The translations under genes and the position numbers were made by a program. Source: Ignavibacteriales bacterium (GTDB lineage: Bacteria > Bacteroidota > Ignavibacteria > UBA10030 > SZUA-254). Taken from it: 64,000 nt of DNA. Location of the stretch: positions 243-64,242 of the forward strand of contig JACRFD010000079.1 in the NCBI GenBank assembly GCA_016218025.1, in the 5' to 3' direction. A model generated the notes under the pieces. The model was not told the DNA's origin. It ran no database searches and worked only from the letters and a program-made list of their open reading frames with translations. Shown here piece by piece: positions 49,541 to 60,861 of this stretch; position 1 is the first letter of the stretch; each line of letters begins with the position of its first letter.

Positions 49541-51928
49541 TTAAAAACCTCTTCCGAATTGGAAATGGAAATGCCATCCATCCGGTTTGCCGTCTTTCGG
49601 AAGTACATCATCGGCACCGTATGCATAATCGAAACCTATCATTCCAATTGGTTGAATTAATAATCTTGCACCAATACCGTATGATCTTTTAAGATCGAAG
49701 AAATCAGCTTCTTTTAAATTCCGGAATACGTTTCCCCCCTCAACAAAAGTTAGAAAATAAATTGGCATTGGATTGATAGTTGCGGCGAAACGTAGCTCTA
49801 GCGAGTGTTTGCTCATCACTCTGCCGCCTTCTTCTTGTCCTAGTGCTGTCAATGGACCCACGCTCCGGTCTTCATAACCACGCAATGGAGTTGTGGAAAC
49901 ATATCCCATAAGTGTCCCGCCCATGTAAAAATATTCAATCGGAGGAATCTTTGAATCTTTCTTGAATCCTTCAAGATATCCGACCGCAGAGGATAGGGAG
50001 AGGACAACTCTGCTAGATCCAAAAACAGGAATGTACCAATCGGAATTGAAAATCCATTTATGATAATCGACAGTTCCCGGCAGAGGTCCGCCCGAGATTT
50101 CGGTAGATAAGGCTACGTTTGAACCAATGGATGGGAAGATGGGACTATCTGTACTATTACGCGATAATACTTGCGTTAAACTAACCTGCTGTGAAACACC
50201 AAGATCGTAATAGGGACTTCCACCGGCATCTCGTATATCGTTATTCTGATAACGTAAAGTCCAATCTGCTCTGGAATAATTATCGGGCCAGTTCAGTCTT
50301 CTTCCAAGCCGTGCAGATACACCTGTTTGCCGCAAATCCCAAGAAAATTTTTGTCTGGTATCGAAAATACTAAAGCCTAGAGTTGTGGGTCGGTCAAATA
50401 ACCATGGTTCTGTAAAGCCAAGAGAAAATGTCCTGAACCTTGCCCCTTCACCGAATTGCCAATCGAAATTTAAAACTTGTCCGCCGCCGCCTTCTAACGG
50501 ATTTGAAATTGCGAAGTTGTTGATTGTAAAACCGAGCGCGCCGGTTACGCCAAAAGCCCCGCTATATCCAACCGAAGCGTTAACATTATCATTCGATTTT
50601 TCTTCAACCTCATAAATTAGATCAACCGTCTGGTCATCAACTAACCTGGTATCGGGGCGCAGCTTTTCGGGATTAAAATAATTCAATTGTGATAACTGGC
50701 GAAGACTGCGAATGATAAGAGCTCTGCTGAAGAAGTCGCCGGGTCGGGTAAATAGTTCACGGCGAATAACATTTTCTCGGGTTTTCCTGTTACCCCGTAT
50801 ATCCACTTGTCCGATTCTGAATTGATTCCTCTCAAATATTTGAGTTTTTAAATCAACGCTGTCGATTCCAATTCTTTGAACCGAAGGATCGAGATTAAAT
50901 CTTAAATAACCGTCATCAAGGTATAACGAGCCGACATCGGTTTGGTCTTCGTTGCCTCGAAGATTTTTTTCGAATTTATCTTCATCGAAAATCATTCCTT
51001 TTGAGAATCCAAGCCGTTCGGTTAATACTTCTGATGAATAAACCGTATTGCCTTCCCATGTAATGTTTCGGACTTTATATTGTTGCCCTTCGTTGAGATT
51101 TATATGCAGTAATATTTTCTTTTTGTCTTCGCTGTACCAGATTGAATCGCCCAGAATTTCTGCATCTATGTAGCCGTTCTTTTTATAAAATTTAATTAAT
51201 CTTCGTTTATCCTCTTCGTATTTCTTCCGTTCGAATTTTGGAGATGGCAGTATAAAGTGGTACCACTTTTTTTCCTCGGTATCCTCGAATTCACTTTTCA
51301 GGTCACCGTTGTTGAATGCGTTATTTCCACTGAATGAAATTTCTTTTATTGTAAGTCTGGGACCTTCGTCAACACGAAACCTTAACATCACTTTATTGCT
51401 CTTTACAGAGTCTTCATCAATTTGTTCAGGGACAACCGCGGCTAACAAATGCCCTTCTTCTTCATAAATCGATTTTATTATACTGATTGCATGTTGGATA
51501 TCGTAAGGAGATAATATCTGCCCGGTTGTTAATGTAACTTTCTTTTTAATGTCATCTTCACTCACATCGTCCAAACCTATATACTCGAGTTTGCCGAGAC
51601 GTTTGTATTCTTTGACTCTAATCAGAAGATAAACTCCCTTATCGATTTTATTTTCAATTAAAATTTGAACATCAGAAAAAATTCTCAAAGCCCAAAGTTT
51701 TTGAATAGCCTGCCGGATTTCGTCACCGGGAATTGAGATTTCGTCGCCGACTTTTAATCCGGAGTTGCCGATAATAGCGCTGGATTCAGTTCCTGTTTCT
51801 TTTGTATTTCCTTCAACAGAAATACCAAGAATATTATATTGCTCCGGTTTTGAACGCTGGGCTATACTATTACCGTTAAGTGTTATGAGGCAAAGAGATG
51901 TTATGAGAAGTGCTGTTATTTTTTGCAA
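49541..51928 (-). CDS. bamA: outer membrane protein assembly factor BamA
   Basis: POTRA repeats, GNRKTRENVIRRE, YMGG..LRGY, terminal FGRGF. Confidence 0.96.
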   Translation of the reverse strand: MQKITALLITSLCLITLNGNSIAQRSKPEQYNILGISVEGNTKETGTESSAIIGNSGLKVGDEISIPGDEIRQAIQKLWALRIFSDVQILIENKIDKGVYLLIRVKEYKRLGKLEYIGLDDVSEDDIKKKVTLTTGQILSPYDIQHAISIIKSIYEEEGHLLAAVVPEQIDEDSVKSNKVMLRFRVDEGPRLTIKEISFSGNNAFNNGDLKSEFEDTEEKKWYHFILPSPKFERKKYEEDKRRLIKFYKKNGYIDAEILGDSIWYSEDKKKILLHINLNEGQQYKVRNITWEGNTVYSSEVLTERLGFSKGMIFDEDKFEKNLRGNEDQTDVGSLYLDDGYLRFNLDPSVQRIGIDSVDLKTQIFERNQFRIGQVDIRGNRKTRENVIRRELFTRPGDFFSRALIIRSLRQLSQLNYFNPEKLRPDTRLVDDQTVDLIYEVEEKSNDNVNASVGYSGAFGVTGALGFTINNFAISNPLEGGGGQVLNFDWQFGEGARFRTFSLGFTEPWLFDRPTTLGFSIFDTRQKFSWDLRQTGVSARLGRRLNWPDNYSRADWTLRYQNNDIRDAGGSPYYDLGVSQQVSLTQVLSRNSTDSPIFPSIGSNVALSTEISGGPLPGTVDYHKWIFNSDWYIPVFGSSRVVLSLSSAVGYLEGFKKDSKIPPIEYFYMGGTLMGYVSTTPLRGYEDRSVGPLTALGQEEGGRVMSKHSLELRFAATINPMPIYFLTFVEGGNVFRNLKEADFFDLKRSYGIGARLLIQPIGMIGFDYAYGADDVLPKDGKPDGWHFHFQFGRGF

Positions 51929-51954
51929 TGTATGTTATCCTGATACTTGTTTAA

Positions 51955-52770
51955 TTATTTCTTTATGATTGATGAACCTTCTAACGGTTCCTTCAGTTGT
52001 TCGCTTACCAAGCCGAAACGACGTTCGCGTTTTTGAAAATCAGTTATGGCTTCATATAATTCACGACGACGGAAATCGGGCCAGCAAACCGGACTTATAA
52101 ATATTTCTGAGTATGCTAATTGCCATAAAAGAAAATTGCTGATTCTGAATTCTCCGCTGGTGCGTACCAGCAGGTCCGGATCCGGAATTCCGTTGGTTGC
52201 CAGATATTTTTCAATTGCTTTCGTATCGATTTGATCGGGTTGCAGAATTCCTTTTTTTACATCGTAAGCAAGTTTCTTAATAGCTTCGGTTAAATCCCAG
52301 CGTCCGCTGTAACTTAAAGCCAGATGAAGCTGGAGTCCGGTGTTTGTTGCTGTTTTCGTTTTCGCATCATTTAGTTCATTTTGTACTTCAATCGGAAGAG
52401 CATCGATATCGCCAATGGCATTGACAGATACATTATTTTTATGAAGTCTATCTGTTTCGTCCCGGAGTGCATTCATCAACAATCTCATCAACATTGAGAC
52501 TTCATCTTTAGGGCGTTTCCAATTCTCGGTTGAAAAAGCATATAAAGTCAAATGCTTTACGCCTAACTGGCCGCAGACTTCTACAATATCTCTGACTGAT
52601 TCAACACCTTCTTTGTGCCCGGCAATTCTTGGCAGATTACGCTTTTTTGCCCATCGCCCATTTCCATCCATAATTATTGCAATATGAACGGGAATTGTGC
52701 CATTTAGTTTCAACTGGCTTTGAAGTCTATCATCATCTTCCTTAGATGATTTCACACGACGGGAGATCAA
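51955..52770 (-). CDS. uppS: undecaprenyl diphosphate synthase
   Basis: HIAIIMDGNGRWA, FSTENWKRP and RTSGEFRISNFLLWQ motifs. Confidence 0.97.
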   Translation of the reverse strand: MISRRVKSSKEDDDRLQSQLKLNGTIPVHIAIIMDGNGRWAKKRNLPRIAGHKEGVESVRDIVEVCGQLGVKHLTLYAFSTENWKRPKDEVSMLMRLLMNALRDETDRLHKNNVSVNAIGDIDALPIEVQNELNDAKTKTATNTGLQLHLALSYSGRWDLTEAIKKLAYDVKKGILQPDQIDTKAIEKYLATNGIPDPDLLVRTSGEFRISNFLLWQLAYSEIFISPVCWPDFRRRELYEAITDFQKRERRFGLVSEQLKEPLEGSSIIKK

Positions 52771-52974
52771 ACTTGAAATTTCCTCTGGATTCGATAGTTT
52801 GTAAATGATTTGTATTAAAAGTTACGGCATTTTGCAAAGAAAGTCAAGAATTCTGATTTCTTTATATTTTAAATAATGTATCTAAGTTCGATTGTTTTTC
52901 CATGCGAAAAAAGATATATTTATGAGAAAATTAACTTAGGAAATATTAGTTCATTCAATTTAAGGAATAAAATT

Positions 52975-53310
52975 ATGGGAATGCCCAATATGCAAGGGAT
53001 GATGAAACAAGTTCAGAAGATGCAAGAAAAAATGGCGCAAATACAAGCCGAACTGGAAAATAAAAATGTGACTGCTGAATCGGGCGGTGGAATGGTTAAA
53101 GTTACTGCTAACGGAAAACAACAAATAAGAGCAATTAAAATTGAAAAAGAAGTTATCAATCCGGATGATGTTGATATGCTTGAAGACCTCGTAGTGGCAG
53201 CCGTAAACAAAGCTTTAGATGAATCACAAAAAATGGCACAGGAAGAGATGCAAAAAGCAACGGCAGGCATGCTGCCTAATATCCCCGGCTTGAATTTGCC
53301 CGGTTTTTAA
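52975..53310 (+). CDS. ybaB: YbaB/EbfC nucleoid-associated protein
   Basis: [11 protein letters not shown] and [12 protein letters not shown] motifs; start refined to MGMPN. Confidence 0.93.
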   Translation: MGMPNMQGMMKQVQKMQEKMAQIQAELENKNVTAESGGGMVKVTANGKQQIRAIKIEKEVINPDDVDMLEDLVVAAVNKALDESQKMAQEEMQKATAGMLPNIPGLNLPGF

Positions 53311-53356
53311 GAAAACCAATTACAATTATTTTTTCACTTTATATTTTTCTGAATAC

Positions 53357-53953
53357 ATGCTTTATATATCCGATTCCTTAAATCAATTAATAGAAGAATT
53401 TTCACAACTCCCCGGCATTGGTAAAAAATCTGCCCAACGACTTGCTTTATATATCTTAAAATTACCCAAGGAAGATGTGTTAAAAATATCTCAGGCTTTG
53501 GTGAATGTAAAAGAAAAAATGAGGTACTGTTCTGTTTGCTGTAATTTTACCGAAACAGATCCGTGCCCTATATGCAGCAGCACTAAACGAAATACGGAAA
53601 CTATTTGTGTGGTTGAAGAACCGAACGATGTACTTGCCATTGAAAAGACGAACGAATATAAAGGTGTTTATCATGTGCTTGGCGGATCTCTTTCACCGTT
53701 AGAAGGAATCGGACCTGACGATCTGAAGGTGAAGGAGTTATTGATCAGAATAAAACCTGAGATTGAAGAAATAATTCTCGCTCTGAATCCGAATATTGAA
53801 GGTGAAGCCACTACAATTTATCTCTCTAGATTGCTTAAACCGCTCGGTGTTAAAATAACGCGGCTCGCTCGTGGCATACCAATAGGCGGGGATTTGGAAT
53901 TTGCAGATGAGGCAACTCTGACACGCGCATTGGAAGGGAGAGTTGCGGTTTGA
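53357..53953 (+). CDS. recR: recombination mediator RecR
   Basis: [19 protein letters not shown]4 zinc finger, YHVLGG, EGEAT and ARGIPIGG motifs. Confidence 0.97.
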   Translation: MLYISDSLNQLIEEFSQLPGIGKKSAQRLALYILKLPKEDVLKISQALVNVKEKMRYCSVCCNFTETDPCPICSSTKRNTETICVVEEPNDVLAIEKTNEYKGVYHVLGGSLSPLEGIGPDDLKVKELLIRIKPEIEEIILALNPNIEGEATTIYLSRLLKPLGVKITRLARGIPIGGDLEFADEATLTRALEGRVAV

Positions 53954-54516
53954 TGAGGTGGAGTTTGATCATTGCATTCATTTTATTGTTTTGTGGATGT
54001 GATTTGTTTTCACCACGCACACCAGAAAAGCCAACATCAGGAACATCGGCGTTCCAGCCGCCTGTAACACCCGAAATTGTGTTAGAGAATTTTTCTAATG
54101 CAATTACATCTTCCAATGTCGATAATTATATGCGTTGCTTTGTGGATACATCGGCATCTGATTTTGCATATGTGTTCCTGCCGTCAGGTAATTTCCAGGG
54201 ATTATTCCAATCTTGGACTCTGGGTGATGAACGAAGATATTTTCAAAATTTAGGTAAACCACTTTATTCAGTGCCAGTCCTGACACTTACTAATTTGAAT
54301 TCGGATAGAAGAACATCCACCTCGGTTGAATTCACGATGAATTATCTTTTAATTTATCCACACCAACGCCCAAATGTTTCAAATTCGGTACAGGGATATT
54401 TGCGGCTTTATCTTTCAATCGACGATCAACAACGATGGGGGATCAACAAATGGGAAGATACTAAGACCGTTACAGATTCGACGTGGAGTTATCTTAAATA
54501 CAATTTGAATTATTGA
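53953..54516 (+). CDS. hypothetical lipoprotein (NTF2-like fold suspected)
   Basis: Lipobox FCGC; ATG overlaps the recR stop (TGATG). Confidence 0.78.
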   Translation: MRWSLIIAFILLFCGCDLFSPRTPEKPTSGTSAFQPPVTPEIVLENFSNAITSSNVDNYMRCFVDTSASDFAYVFLPSGNFQGLFQSWTLGDERRYFQNLGKPLYSVPVLTLTNLNSDRRTSTSVEFTMNYLLIYPHQRPNVSNSVQGYLRLYLSIDDQQRWGINKWEDTKTVTDSTWSYLKYNLNY

Positions 54517-54523
54517 TTCCTTA

Positions 54524-55045
54524 ATGAAATTCGACTTGAATAAAATTTCCCTGATAATCATTGTTTCCATTTTGTCGATAAACGGATTGAGCTGCATTAA
54601 TCCTTTTGCCCCCCGCCTTGATAAAGAAAATTCGAAATCTTCCTGCACTGATTTTACAAATATCGAAAACCTCTTCTGTGCTTTTAAAAATGCATATGCT
54701 TTTAAAGATACAACATTATACGGATCGCTGATCGATCCGAACTTTACTTTCAGTTATCGAGATTATGATCGTGGTGTTGATGTAAGCTGGGGTAGAGACG
54801 AGGAAATCCGATCGACATATGTATTATTCCAGAATGTACAATCAATATCGGTTATTTGGAACACGCTTATTTCTGCTGATACAAGCGAAACCAGGAGATC
54901 GATTGTTCGAGGATTTAATTTAACGGTTACATTTAATCCCGGTGATGTTGAGCGGGTTGATGGTTTCGCTAATTTAATCTTTGTCAGAGCGAGCACCTCG
55001 GATAATTGGAAACTTTTACATTGGAGAGATGAATCAAATTTTTAA
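54524..55045 (+). CDS. hypothetical lipoprotein, probable paralog of the upstream gene
   Basis: Lipobox GLSC; C.NPFAPR resembles C.LFSPR; W..W.D near the C-terminus. Confidence 0.78.
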   Translation: MKFDLNKISLIIIVSILSINGLSCINPFAPRLDKENSKSSCTDFTNIENLFCAFKNAYAFKDTTLYGSLIDPNFTFSYRDYDRGVDVSWGRDEEIRSTYVLFQNVQSISVIWNTLISADTSETRRSIVRGFNLTVTFNPGDVERVDGFANLIFVRASTSDNWKLLHWRDESNF

Positions 55046-55091
55046 AAAATCTCATTTCCCTATATTTTAAAATTTGCTATATGGAAAAGAT

Positions 55092-55970
55092 ATGAGCCTT
55101 GGATATATTTTGAAAGAAGGAATTGCCGGTTTCGGTAGGGCAAAACTTGCATCTATCGGATCAATTATAACTATTGTGATTTCGCTTTTGCTTGTGGGGA
55201 TATTTTATGTTGTTTCAACAAACACATCCAAATTGGTTGAAGGCATACGTCAGCGTGTTGAGTTGGAAGCATTCCTCGAAGAACCAATAAGCAGAATTAG
55301 AATAAGTGAGATAGAGCGGCAATTAAAATCGATTGAAGGAATTGAACAGGTAAAATTTATTTCCAAAGATGAAGCTGCAAATATTTTTAAAGACCAATTT
55401 GGTGAAGACATAAATAATGTGCTCGATTTCAATCCGCTGCCTCCCTCATTCAAGATATTTTTGATGGAGGGATTCCGGACAAGGGACAAAGCAGAGGGAA
55501 TTCATAAGAAGATAATGGAGATCAAAGGGATCCAAAACATAGCTTATCGCAGAGAGTTATTGGAATTTTTAGATCAACGTGTCAAAATGCTTTATTCGAT
55601 TGGGTTAGCGCTTGGTGTTTTGCTTGCAATTTCAGCCGCTTTTCTTGTGTCTAACACAATTAGGCTGACAATTTATGCGAAACGTAAATCGGTGCAAACA
55701 ATGAAACTTGTTGGAGCCACTCGTTTTTTTGTCAGAGCCCCATTTATTGTTGAGGGTATATTGCAAGGTTTAGTTGGTGGAGTAATGGCTGCCTTGATTA
55801 TTTATTATTTATTAACTATGGCGGCCGGTTTCGTATCACAGGAACTTGTGGACTTTCTTCAGGTTGGAGCTTCATTTTATCTAATAATCATAACTGGCGG
55901 AATATTTTTAGGTTTTTTTGGAAGTGCAATATCTGTAAGGAGGTTCATAGGTGAAACTGTTGGGGGATGA
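55092..55970 (+). CDS. ftsX: cell division permease FtsX
   Basis: ISKDEA, NPLPPSF, SNTIRLTI and MKLVGAT..FVRAPF motifs. Confidence 0.93.
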   Translation: MSLGYILKEGIAGFGRAKLASIGSIITIVISLLLVGIFYVVSTNTSKLVEGIRQRVELEAFLEEPISRIRISEIERQLKSIEGIEQVKFISKDEAANIFKDQFGEDINNVLDFNPLPPSFKIFLMEGFRTRDKAEGIHKKIMEIKGIQNIAYRRELLEFLDQRVKMLYSIGLALGVLLAISAAFLVSNTIRLTIYAKRKSVQTMKLVGATRFFVRAPFIVEGILQGLVGGVMAALIIYYLLTMAAGFVSQELVDFLQVGASFYLIIITGGIFLGFFGSAISVRRFIGETVGG

Positions 55971-56002
55971 TTGAAAATTGTGCAAATTCCCATCCCTAAT
56001 TC

Positions 56003-56031
56003 TTGCATCTTAGTTTTTCTTTTCCTACATT
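56003..56031 (+). promoter_or_regulatory. putative sdh promoter
   Basis: TTGCAT-17 bp-TACATT. Confidence 0.5.
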
Positions 56032-56127
56032 TTTCATCGTGATCTATATACAAGTTCTAATCAAATCACATCATCAGTTAAATTGTTCTTCGGTACTATT
56101 TTTTAATCATAAAATTTTGATTTAGCA

Positions 56128-56784
56128 ATGCGTGCATTTATAGATTTTTACAATTCTTCCGTCGGTAAGAAACTTATTGTGGGATTAACCGGCTTGTTAT
56201 TAATTTCTTATCTTGTTATTCATCTTTTCGGAAATCTCCTGATCTTCCGCGCCGATGGTGGCGAAGCGTTTGATACTTACGCTGAAGTTTTACCTCAAAT
56301 TGTTGTCATACGCATTATCGAGATCGGTTTGTTCCTCCTGTTTATTTTGCACATAATAACTGCTGCCTACACTTGGATATTAAACAAGGCTGCAAGGGGG
56401 GACGCTTATAAAATTCAGAAGAAAAATGAAACAAGTAAAGTTACATCCCGCACTATGTTCTTGACAGGAAGCATAGTTTTTATTTTTCTTGTCGTACATA
56501 TGAGGCAATTCTGGTTTAACTCCCGCTACGAAGCAACCGAAGGTTACTCAATGTTCGAGGTTGTTCGTGCAACCTTCTCAAATCCTGTTTACGGAGCTTT
56601 TTACATTGTTGCAATGTTTCTTCTCGGCTTCCACCTTAAACATGGATTTCAATCTGCTTGCCAAACCTTTGGAATTAGAACGAAAAATTATGTTTCGTTT
56701 ATCGATTTAATTGGAATCGTTGTTTGGTTGTTGATTCCGTTGGGGTTTGCATCTATGCCCCTTTATTTTCTTTTGTACTTTTGA
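56128..56784 (+). CDS. sdhC: succinate dehydrogenase cytochrome b subunit
   Basis: SSVGKK..GLTG, heme-ligand His in TM helices, HLKHGFQS. Confidence 0.93.
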   Translation: MRAFIDFYNSSVGKKLIVGLTGLLLISYLVIHLFGNLLIFRADGGEAFDTYAEVLPQIVVIRIIEIGLFLLFILHIITAAYTWILNKAARGDAYKIQKKNETSKVTSRTMFLTGSIVFIFLVVHMRQFWFNSRYEATEGYSMFEVVRATFSNPVYGAFYIVAMFLLGFHLKHGFQSACQTFGIRTKNYVSFIDLIGIVVWLLIPLGFASMPLYFLLYF

Positions 56785-56800
56785 AAGATAGGTTTACACA

Positions 56801-58714
56801 ATGGCATTAAATTCTAAAATTCCCGAAGGTCCCATCCAGCAAAAATGGGATAATCATAAATTTAATATGAAGCTTGTCAATGCTGCAAACAAACGGAAAT
56901 ATTCTGTAATAGTTGTTGGAACAGGTTTAGCGGGTGCTTCAGCGGCAGCATCGCTTGCAGAATTGGGCTATAATGTTATTTCGATGTGTTATCATGAATC
57001 TCCACGCCGGGCTCACAGCATTGCCGCTCAGGGTGGGATCAACGCACCCAAAAATTATAAAAACGACGGTGACAGTATATGGAGATTATTTTATGATACA
57101 GTTAAAGGAGGAGATTACCGGGCTCGCGAGGCGAATGTTTACAGATTGGCTCAGGTAAGCGGAAATATCATCGATCAATGTGTGGCACAGGGTGTTCCCT
57201 TTGGTCGCGAGTACGGTGGATTGTTGGATAACCGCTCATTCGGTGGAGCGCAGGTATCAAGAACGTTTTATGCACGCGGGCAAACAGGGCAACAATTATT
57301 ACTCGGTGCATATAGTGCGCTTTCCCGACAAATAAAAAAAGGATCAGTAAAATTTTTCGGCCGACGCGAAATGCTAGACCTGGTACTGATCGACGGACAG
57401 GCTAGAGGAGTTGTTGCACGCAATCTGGAAACCGGTACACTTGAATCGTTTGCCGCAGATGCTGTAATACTTGCAACAGGCGGTTACGGAAATGTTTTTT
57501 ATTTGGCTACACTTGCAAAATATTCTAATGGAACTGCCATCTGGAAGGCTCATAAAAAGGGTGCATTTTTCGGAAATCCTTGCTTCACACAAATACACCC
57601 GACCTGCATACCTCTTTCAAGTGATTATCAATCAAAGCTCACGCTTATGAGTGAGAGCTTGAGAAACGATGGCCGTATTTGGGTACCCAAGAAGCAGGGA
57701 GATAAACGTAATCCAAAAGATATTCCCGAAGAAGAGAGAGATTATTATTTAGAGCGTATGTACCCTTCGTTTGGTAACTTAGTTCCGCGTGATGTTGCAT
57801 CCCGCAGAGCAAAAGAAATGTGCGATAAAGGGTTTGGTGTAGGATCGACGGGGCTCGCGGTTTATTTGGATTTTGCAGATACAATTAAACGTAATGGTAA
57901 AGAATGGGTCGAAGAAAAATATGGTAACCTGTTCGATATGTATCATGAAATTACTGCCGAGAATGCGTACGAAACTCCTATGAGAATTTATCCCGCAGTT
58001 CATTATACCATGGGTGGTTTGTGGGTAGATTATAATTTAATGACAACAATTCCCGGCTTATATACAATCGGCGAAGCAAATTTTTCAGATCACGGAGCCA
58101 ATCGCCTTGGTGCCAGCGCCCTTATGCAGGGGTTAGCCGACGGCTATTTCATAATTCCCTATACTATCGGTGATTATCTCGCCTCTGCTAAATTCACCAA
58201 AGTAAAAACAGACGATGCAATGTTCAAGGAAAGTGAAAAGAATATCAATGCAAACATCAACAAATTATTATCAATAAAAGGGAAGCAAACGGTTGATGAA
58301 ATACATAAAAAATTAGGGAAGGTGATGTATGATTACTGCGGAATGGCACGTAACCTGGCAGGATTGAAAAAAGCACTCGAGATAATTCCGCAGCTTCGGA
58401 AAGAATTCTACGAAGATGTAATGGTGCCGGGTAGCGCCGATAATTTTAATCCCGAGCTTGAAAAAGCTCTTAGGGCGGCAGATTATTTTGAAATTGCAGA
58501 ACTAATGGTAACCGATGCCATTCACAGGGAAGAATCTTGCGGCGGACATTTACGAGAAGAATATCAAACGGAAGATGGTGAAGCGAAGAGGAATGACGAC
58601 AAATTCTCATATGTGTCAGCATGGGAATATAAAGGCAACGGTATGAACTGGGAATTGCACAAAGAACCATTGACTTTTGAAAATGTGAAGCAGGCAACAC
58701 GCAGTTACAAATAA
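56801..58714 (+). CDS. sdhA: succinate dehydrogenase/fumarate reductase flavoprotein
   Basis: [17 protein letters not shown] (FAD-His), QIHPT, HYTMGG and NRLGASAL motifs. Confidence 0.97.
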   Translation: MALNSKIPEGPIQQKWDNHKFNMKLVNAANKRKYSVIVVGTGLAGASAAASLAELGYNVISMCYHESPRRAHSIAAQGGINAPKNYKNDGDSIWRLFYDTVKGGDYRAREANVYRLAQVSGNIIDQCVAQGVPFGREYGGLLDNRSFGGAQVSRTFYARGQTGQQLLLGAYSALSRQIKKGSVKFFGRREMLDLVLIDGQARGVVARNLETGTLESFAADAVILATGGYGNVFYLATLAKYSNGTAIWKAHKKGAFFGNPCFTQIHPTCIPLSSDYQSKLTLMSESLRNDGRIWVPKKQGDKRNPKDIPEEERDYYLERMYPSFGNLVPRDVASRRAKEMCDKGFGVGSTGLAVYLDFADTIKRNGKEWVEEKYGNLFDMYHEITAENAYETPMRIYPAVHYTMGGLWVDYNLMTTIPGLYTIGEANFSDHGANRLGASALMQGLADGYFIIPYTIGDYLASAKFTKVKTDDAMFKESEKNINANINKLLSIKGKQTVDEIHKKLGKVMYDYCGMARNLAGLKKALEIIPQLRKEFYEDVMVPGSADNFNPELEKALRAADYFEIAELMVTDAIHREESCGGHLREEYQTEDGEAKRNDDKFSYVSAWEYKGNGMNWELHKEPLTFENVKQATRSYK

Positions 58715-58770
58715 TTTAGATAAAGAATATTTTTGATTTAATAATTTAAAATTTTTGTGTCGATATCAAT

Positions 58771-59511
58771 ATGAATTTTACATTAAAAATTTGGCGCCAG
58801 CAGAATAGAACTTCAAAAGGGAAGTTTATTGAATATCAAGCAATTAATATCTCACCCGATATGTCGTTTCTGGAAATGCTTGATGCAGTTAACCGCGATC
58901 TGACGAAAAAGAGCGAAGACAATATAGCTTTTGATCATGATTGCAGGGAAGGTATATGCGGCAGTTGCGGTTTGTTTATCAACGGACGGGCTCATGGTCC
59001 ACAACGGGGTGTTACTACATGTGAATTGCGTATGCGGCACTTCGTGGATGGAACAACAATAACTGTTGAACCATGGAGGTCAAGAGCGTTTCCTGTCATA
59101 AAAGATCTCGTTGTTGATAGAACTGCATTCGAAAGAATTATCCAGGCAGGCGGTTATGTGTCTGTTGATACAGGTTCAGCACCTGAAGCCAGTTCAATCC
59201 CGGTCCCGAAAGCAAATGCCGATGAAGCCATGGATGCGGCGGCTTGCATAGGATGCGGAGCTTGTGCGGCTGCTTGTAAGAACTCATCACCGATGTTATT
59301 TTTAAGCGCCAAGGTTTCTCAATTTGCACTTCTACCCCAGGGAAATGCTGAACGCCGAATCAGAGTTCAACAAATGGTGAAACAAATGGATGAGGATGGA
59401 TTCGGTTTATGTTCGAATACTTATGCTTGCGAAGTTGAGTGTCCGAAAAAAATATCTGTTGTCCATATTGCCCGGATGAACCGAGAATTCCTAAGAGCCA
59501 AATTCTTATAA
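58771..59511 (+). CDS. sdhB: succinate dehydrogenase iron-sulfur subunit
   Basis: [18 protein letters not shown] and [10 protein letters not shown] clusters. Confidence 0.97.
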   Translation: MNFTLKIWRQQNRTSKGKFIEYQAINISPDMSFLEMLDAVNRDLTKKSEDNIAFDHDCREGICGSCGLFINGRAHGPQRGVTTCELRMRHFVDGTTITVEPWRSRAFPVIKDLVVDRTAFERIIQAGGYVSVDTGSAPEASSIPVPKANADEAMDAAACIGCGACAAACKNSSPMLFLSAKVSQFALLPQGNAERRIRVQQMVKQMDEDGFGLCSNTYACEVECPKKISVVHIARMNREFLRAKFL

Positions 59512-59528
59512 TCATTTATTCCCAAAAT

Positions 59529-59558
59529 AAAAGGCGAACTTGACGGTTCGCCTTTTTT
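59529..59558. terminator. bidirectional rho-independent terminator
   Basis: aaaaggcgaac-ttgacg-gttcgcctttttt between convergent genes. Confidence 0.85.
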
Positions 59559-59578
59559 ATTTCAAGATTTTTACACCA

Positions 59579-60763
59579 TCACGACCTTTGTCGGATTTTT
59601 CCTCCAACAATTGCAAGCAATAATTCATAATCAATCGGCTTTGAGATAAATTCATCAACACCGAGCCGCTTTCCAATCAATAAAGTAGTCCTATCAATTT
59701 TTTCGGTTATAAAGATAAATGGAATTGTCTTAATGAATTTATTATTCCGAATAAAATCATATAACTCAAATCCGGCTTCAATTGTATTGAAGTGAGTTTC
59801 CGAGATGATAACATTAGGTGTGGCAATCTTCAAACATGCCAGAGCTTCTTCGATGTTCCCGGCGCCGATGACTGCATAAGAATTCGACCTCAACTTTGCT
59901 GTTAATTCCAATAAAAGCTGCTCGTTCTCATCCACCACAAGTATGGTCCCTCGAATCCGGTTTTTTCTGAATTCTTTCAGTAAGTCTCTCTCAATCACCG
60001 CATGATCTATTCGTGAGACATCATATTTTTTTCTTAAGCTATCTACCGTTTCAGAAGTGAAAGCCGATAAACCGCCGGTTGACCAAATTTGTTGAAGTGA
60101 CTCCGTATAAAATTTGTTACGTATTTCCCTTTCAAGTTGCAGCCGCTTGCCGTCTGGAATATTAAAATCTTTTTGAACCGTTGTTATTTGTTTCTCACAT
60201 TCATCAGAAGGTCTGCCTTCTTTCCAGCACTCTTCTAATAATGAAGAAAATTTCAGCTCTTTGCTTGTTGCATTTGATGAAATTTTCGATTGAGTTTGGT
60301 AGGAATTGATTTGCTGTTGAATCGCTTTTGCATAACTGTTGTCGGCATCAAGCGCCAATGCTTTAATTACCTGATCGTTCGCCTTTTTGATTTCGCCATC
60401 TTTCAGGTAATTCTGAGCCGAGATAAGGAAATTATTTAATTGTGTTGATCTCCGTTTAGTTATGATATCTCTGTATTTTTTAATTTCTTTATACATATCA
60501 TCTTCAAGACCGACACGCTGTGATAGTTGTTTTACTAAAAATTGGATGCGGTCTTGGAATGCACGTGCCGTTAAATTCCCGGGCTGCAATGCAAAAACTT
60601 TTTGTAAAAGGTCATCTGCAGCAATATACCTGCCTGCTCGAATATGTTTATCCGCTTCTCTAAGCCACTCCTCAATCTGATTTTTTTGAATCCCATCAAG
60701 TGATGCTGTGCGAATATTTTCCATTTTATTCCTTCTTCTTTTGGGTGAATATAGAAATATCAA
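59579..60763 (-). CDS. TPR-like protein with C-terminal atypical receiver domain
   Basis: Two TPR-like helical pairs; receiver ILVVDE..VIISE..FIT..ISKP. Confidence 0.8.
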   Translation of the reverse strand: MIFLYSPKRRRNKMENIRTASLDGIQKNQIEEWLREADKHIRAGRYIAADDLLQKVFALQPGNLTARAFQDRIQFLVKQLSQRVGLEDDMYKEIKKYRDIITKRRSTQLNNFLISAQNYLKDGEIKKANDQVIKALALDADNSYAKAIQQQINSYQTQSKISSNATSKELKFSSLLEECWKEGRPSDECEKQITTVQKDFNIPDGKRLQLEREIRNKFYTESLQQIWSTGGLSAFTSETVDSLRKKYDVSRIDHAVIERDLLKEFRKNRIRGTILVVDENEQLLLELTAKLRSNSYAVIGAGNIEEALACLKIATPNVIISETHFNTIEAGFELYDFIRNNKFIKTIPFIFITEKIDRTTLLIGKRLGVDEFISKPIDYELLLAIVGGKIRQRS

Positions 60764-60861
60764 GAATAATAATCAAATTAATGAAAATTTGACTTTTTCA
60801 ATTTTCTCGGCTATCTTGAAACCGGTTAAAGATAATTATATATGACATTTACAGGTATTAT

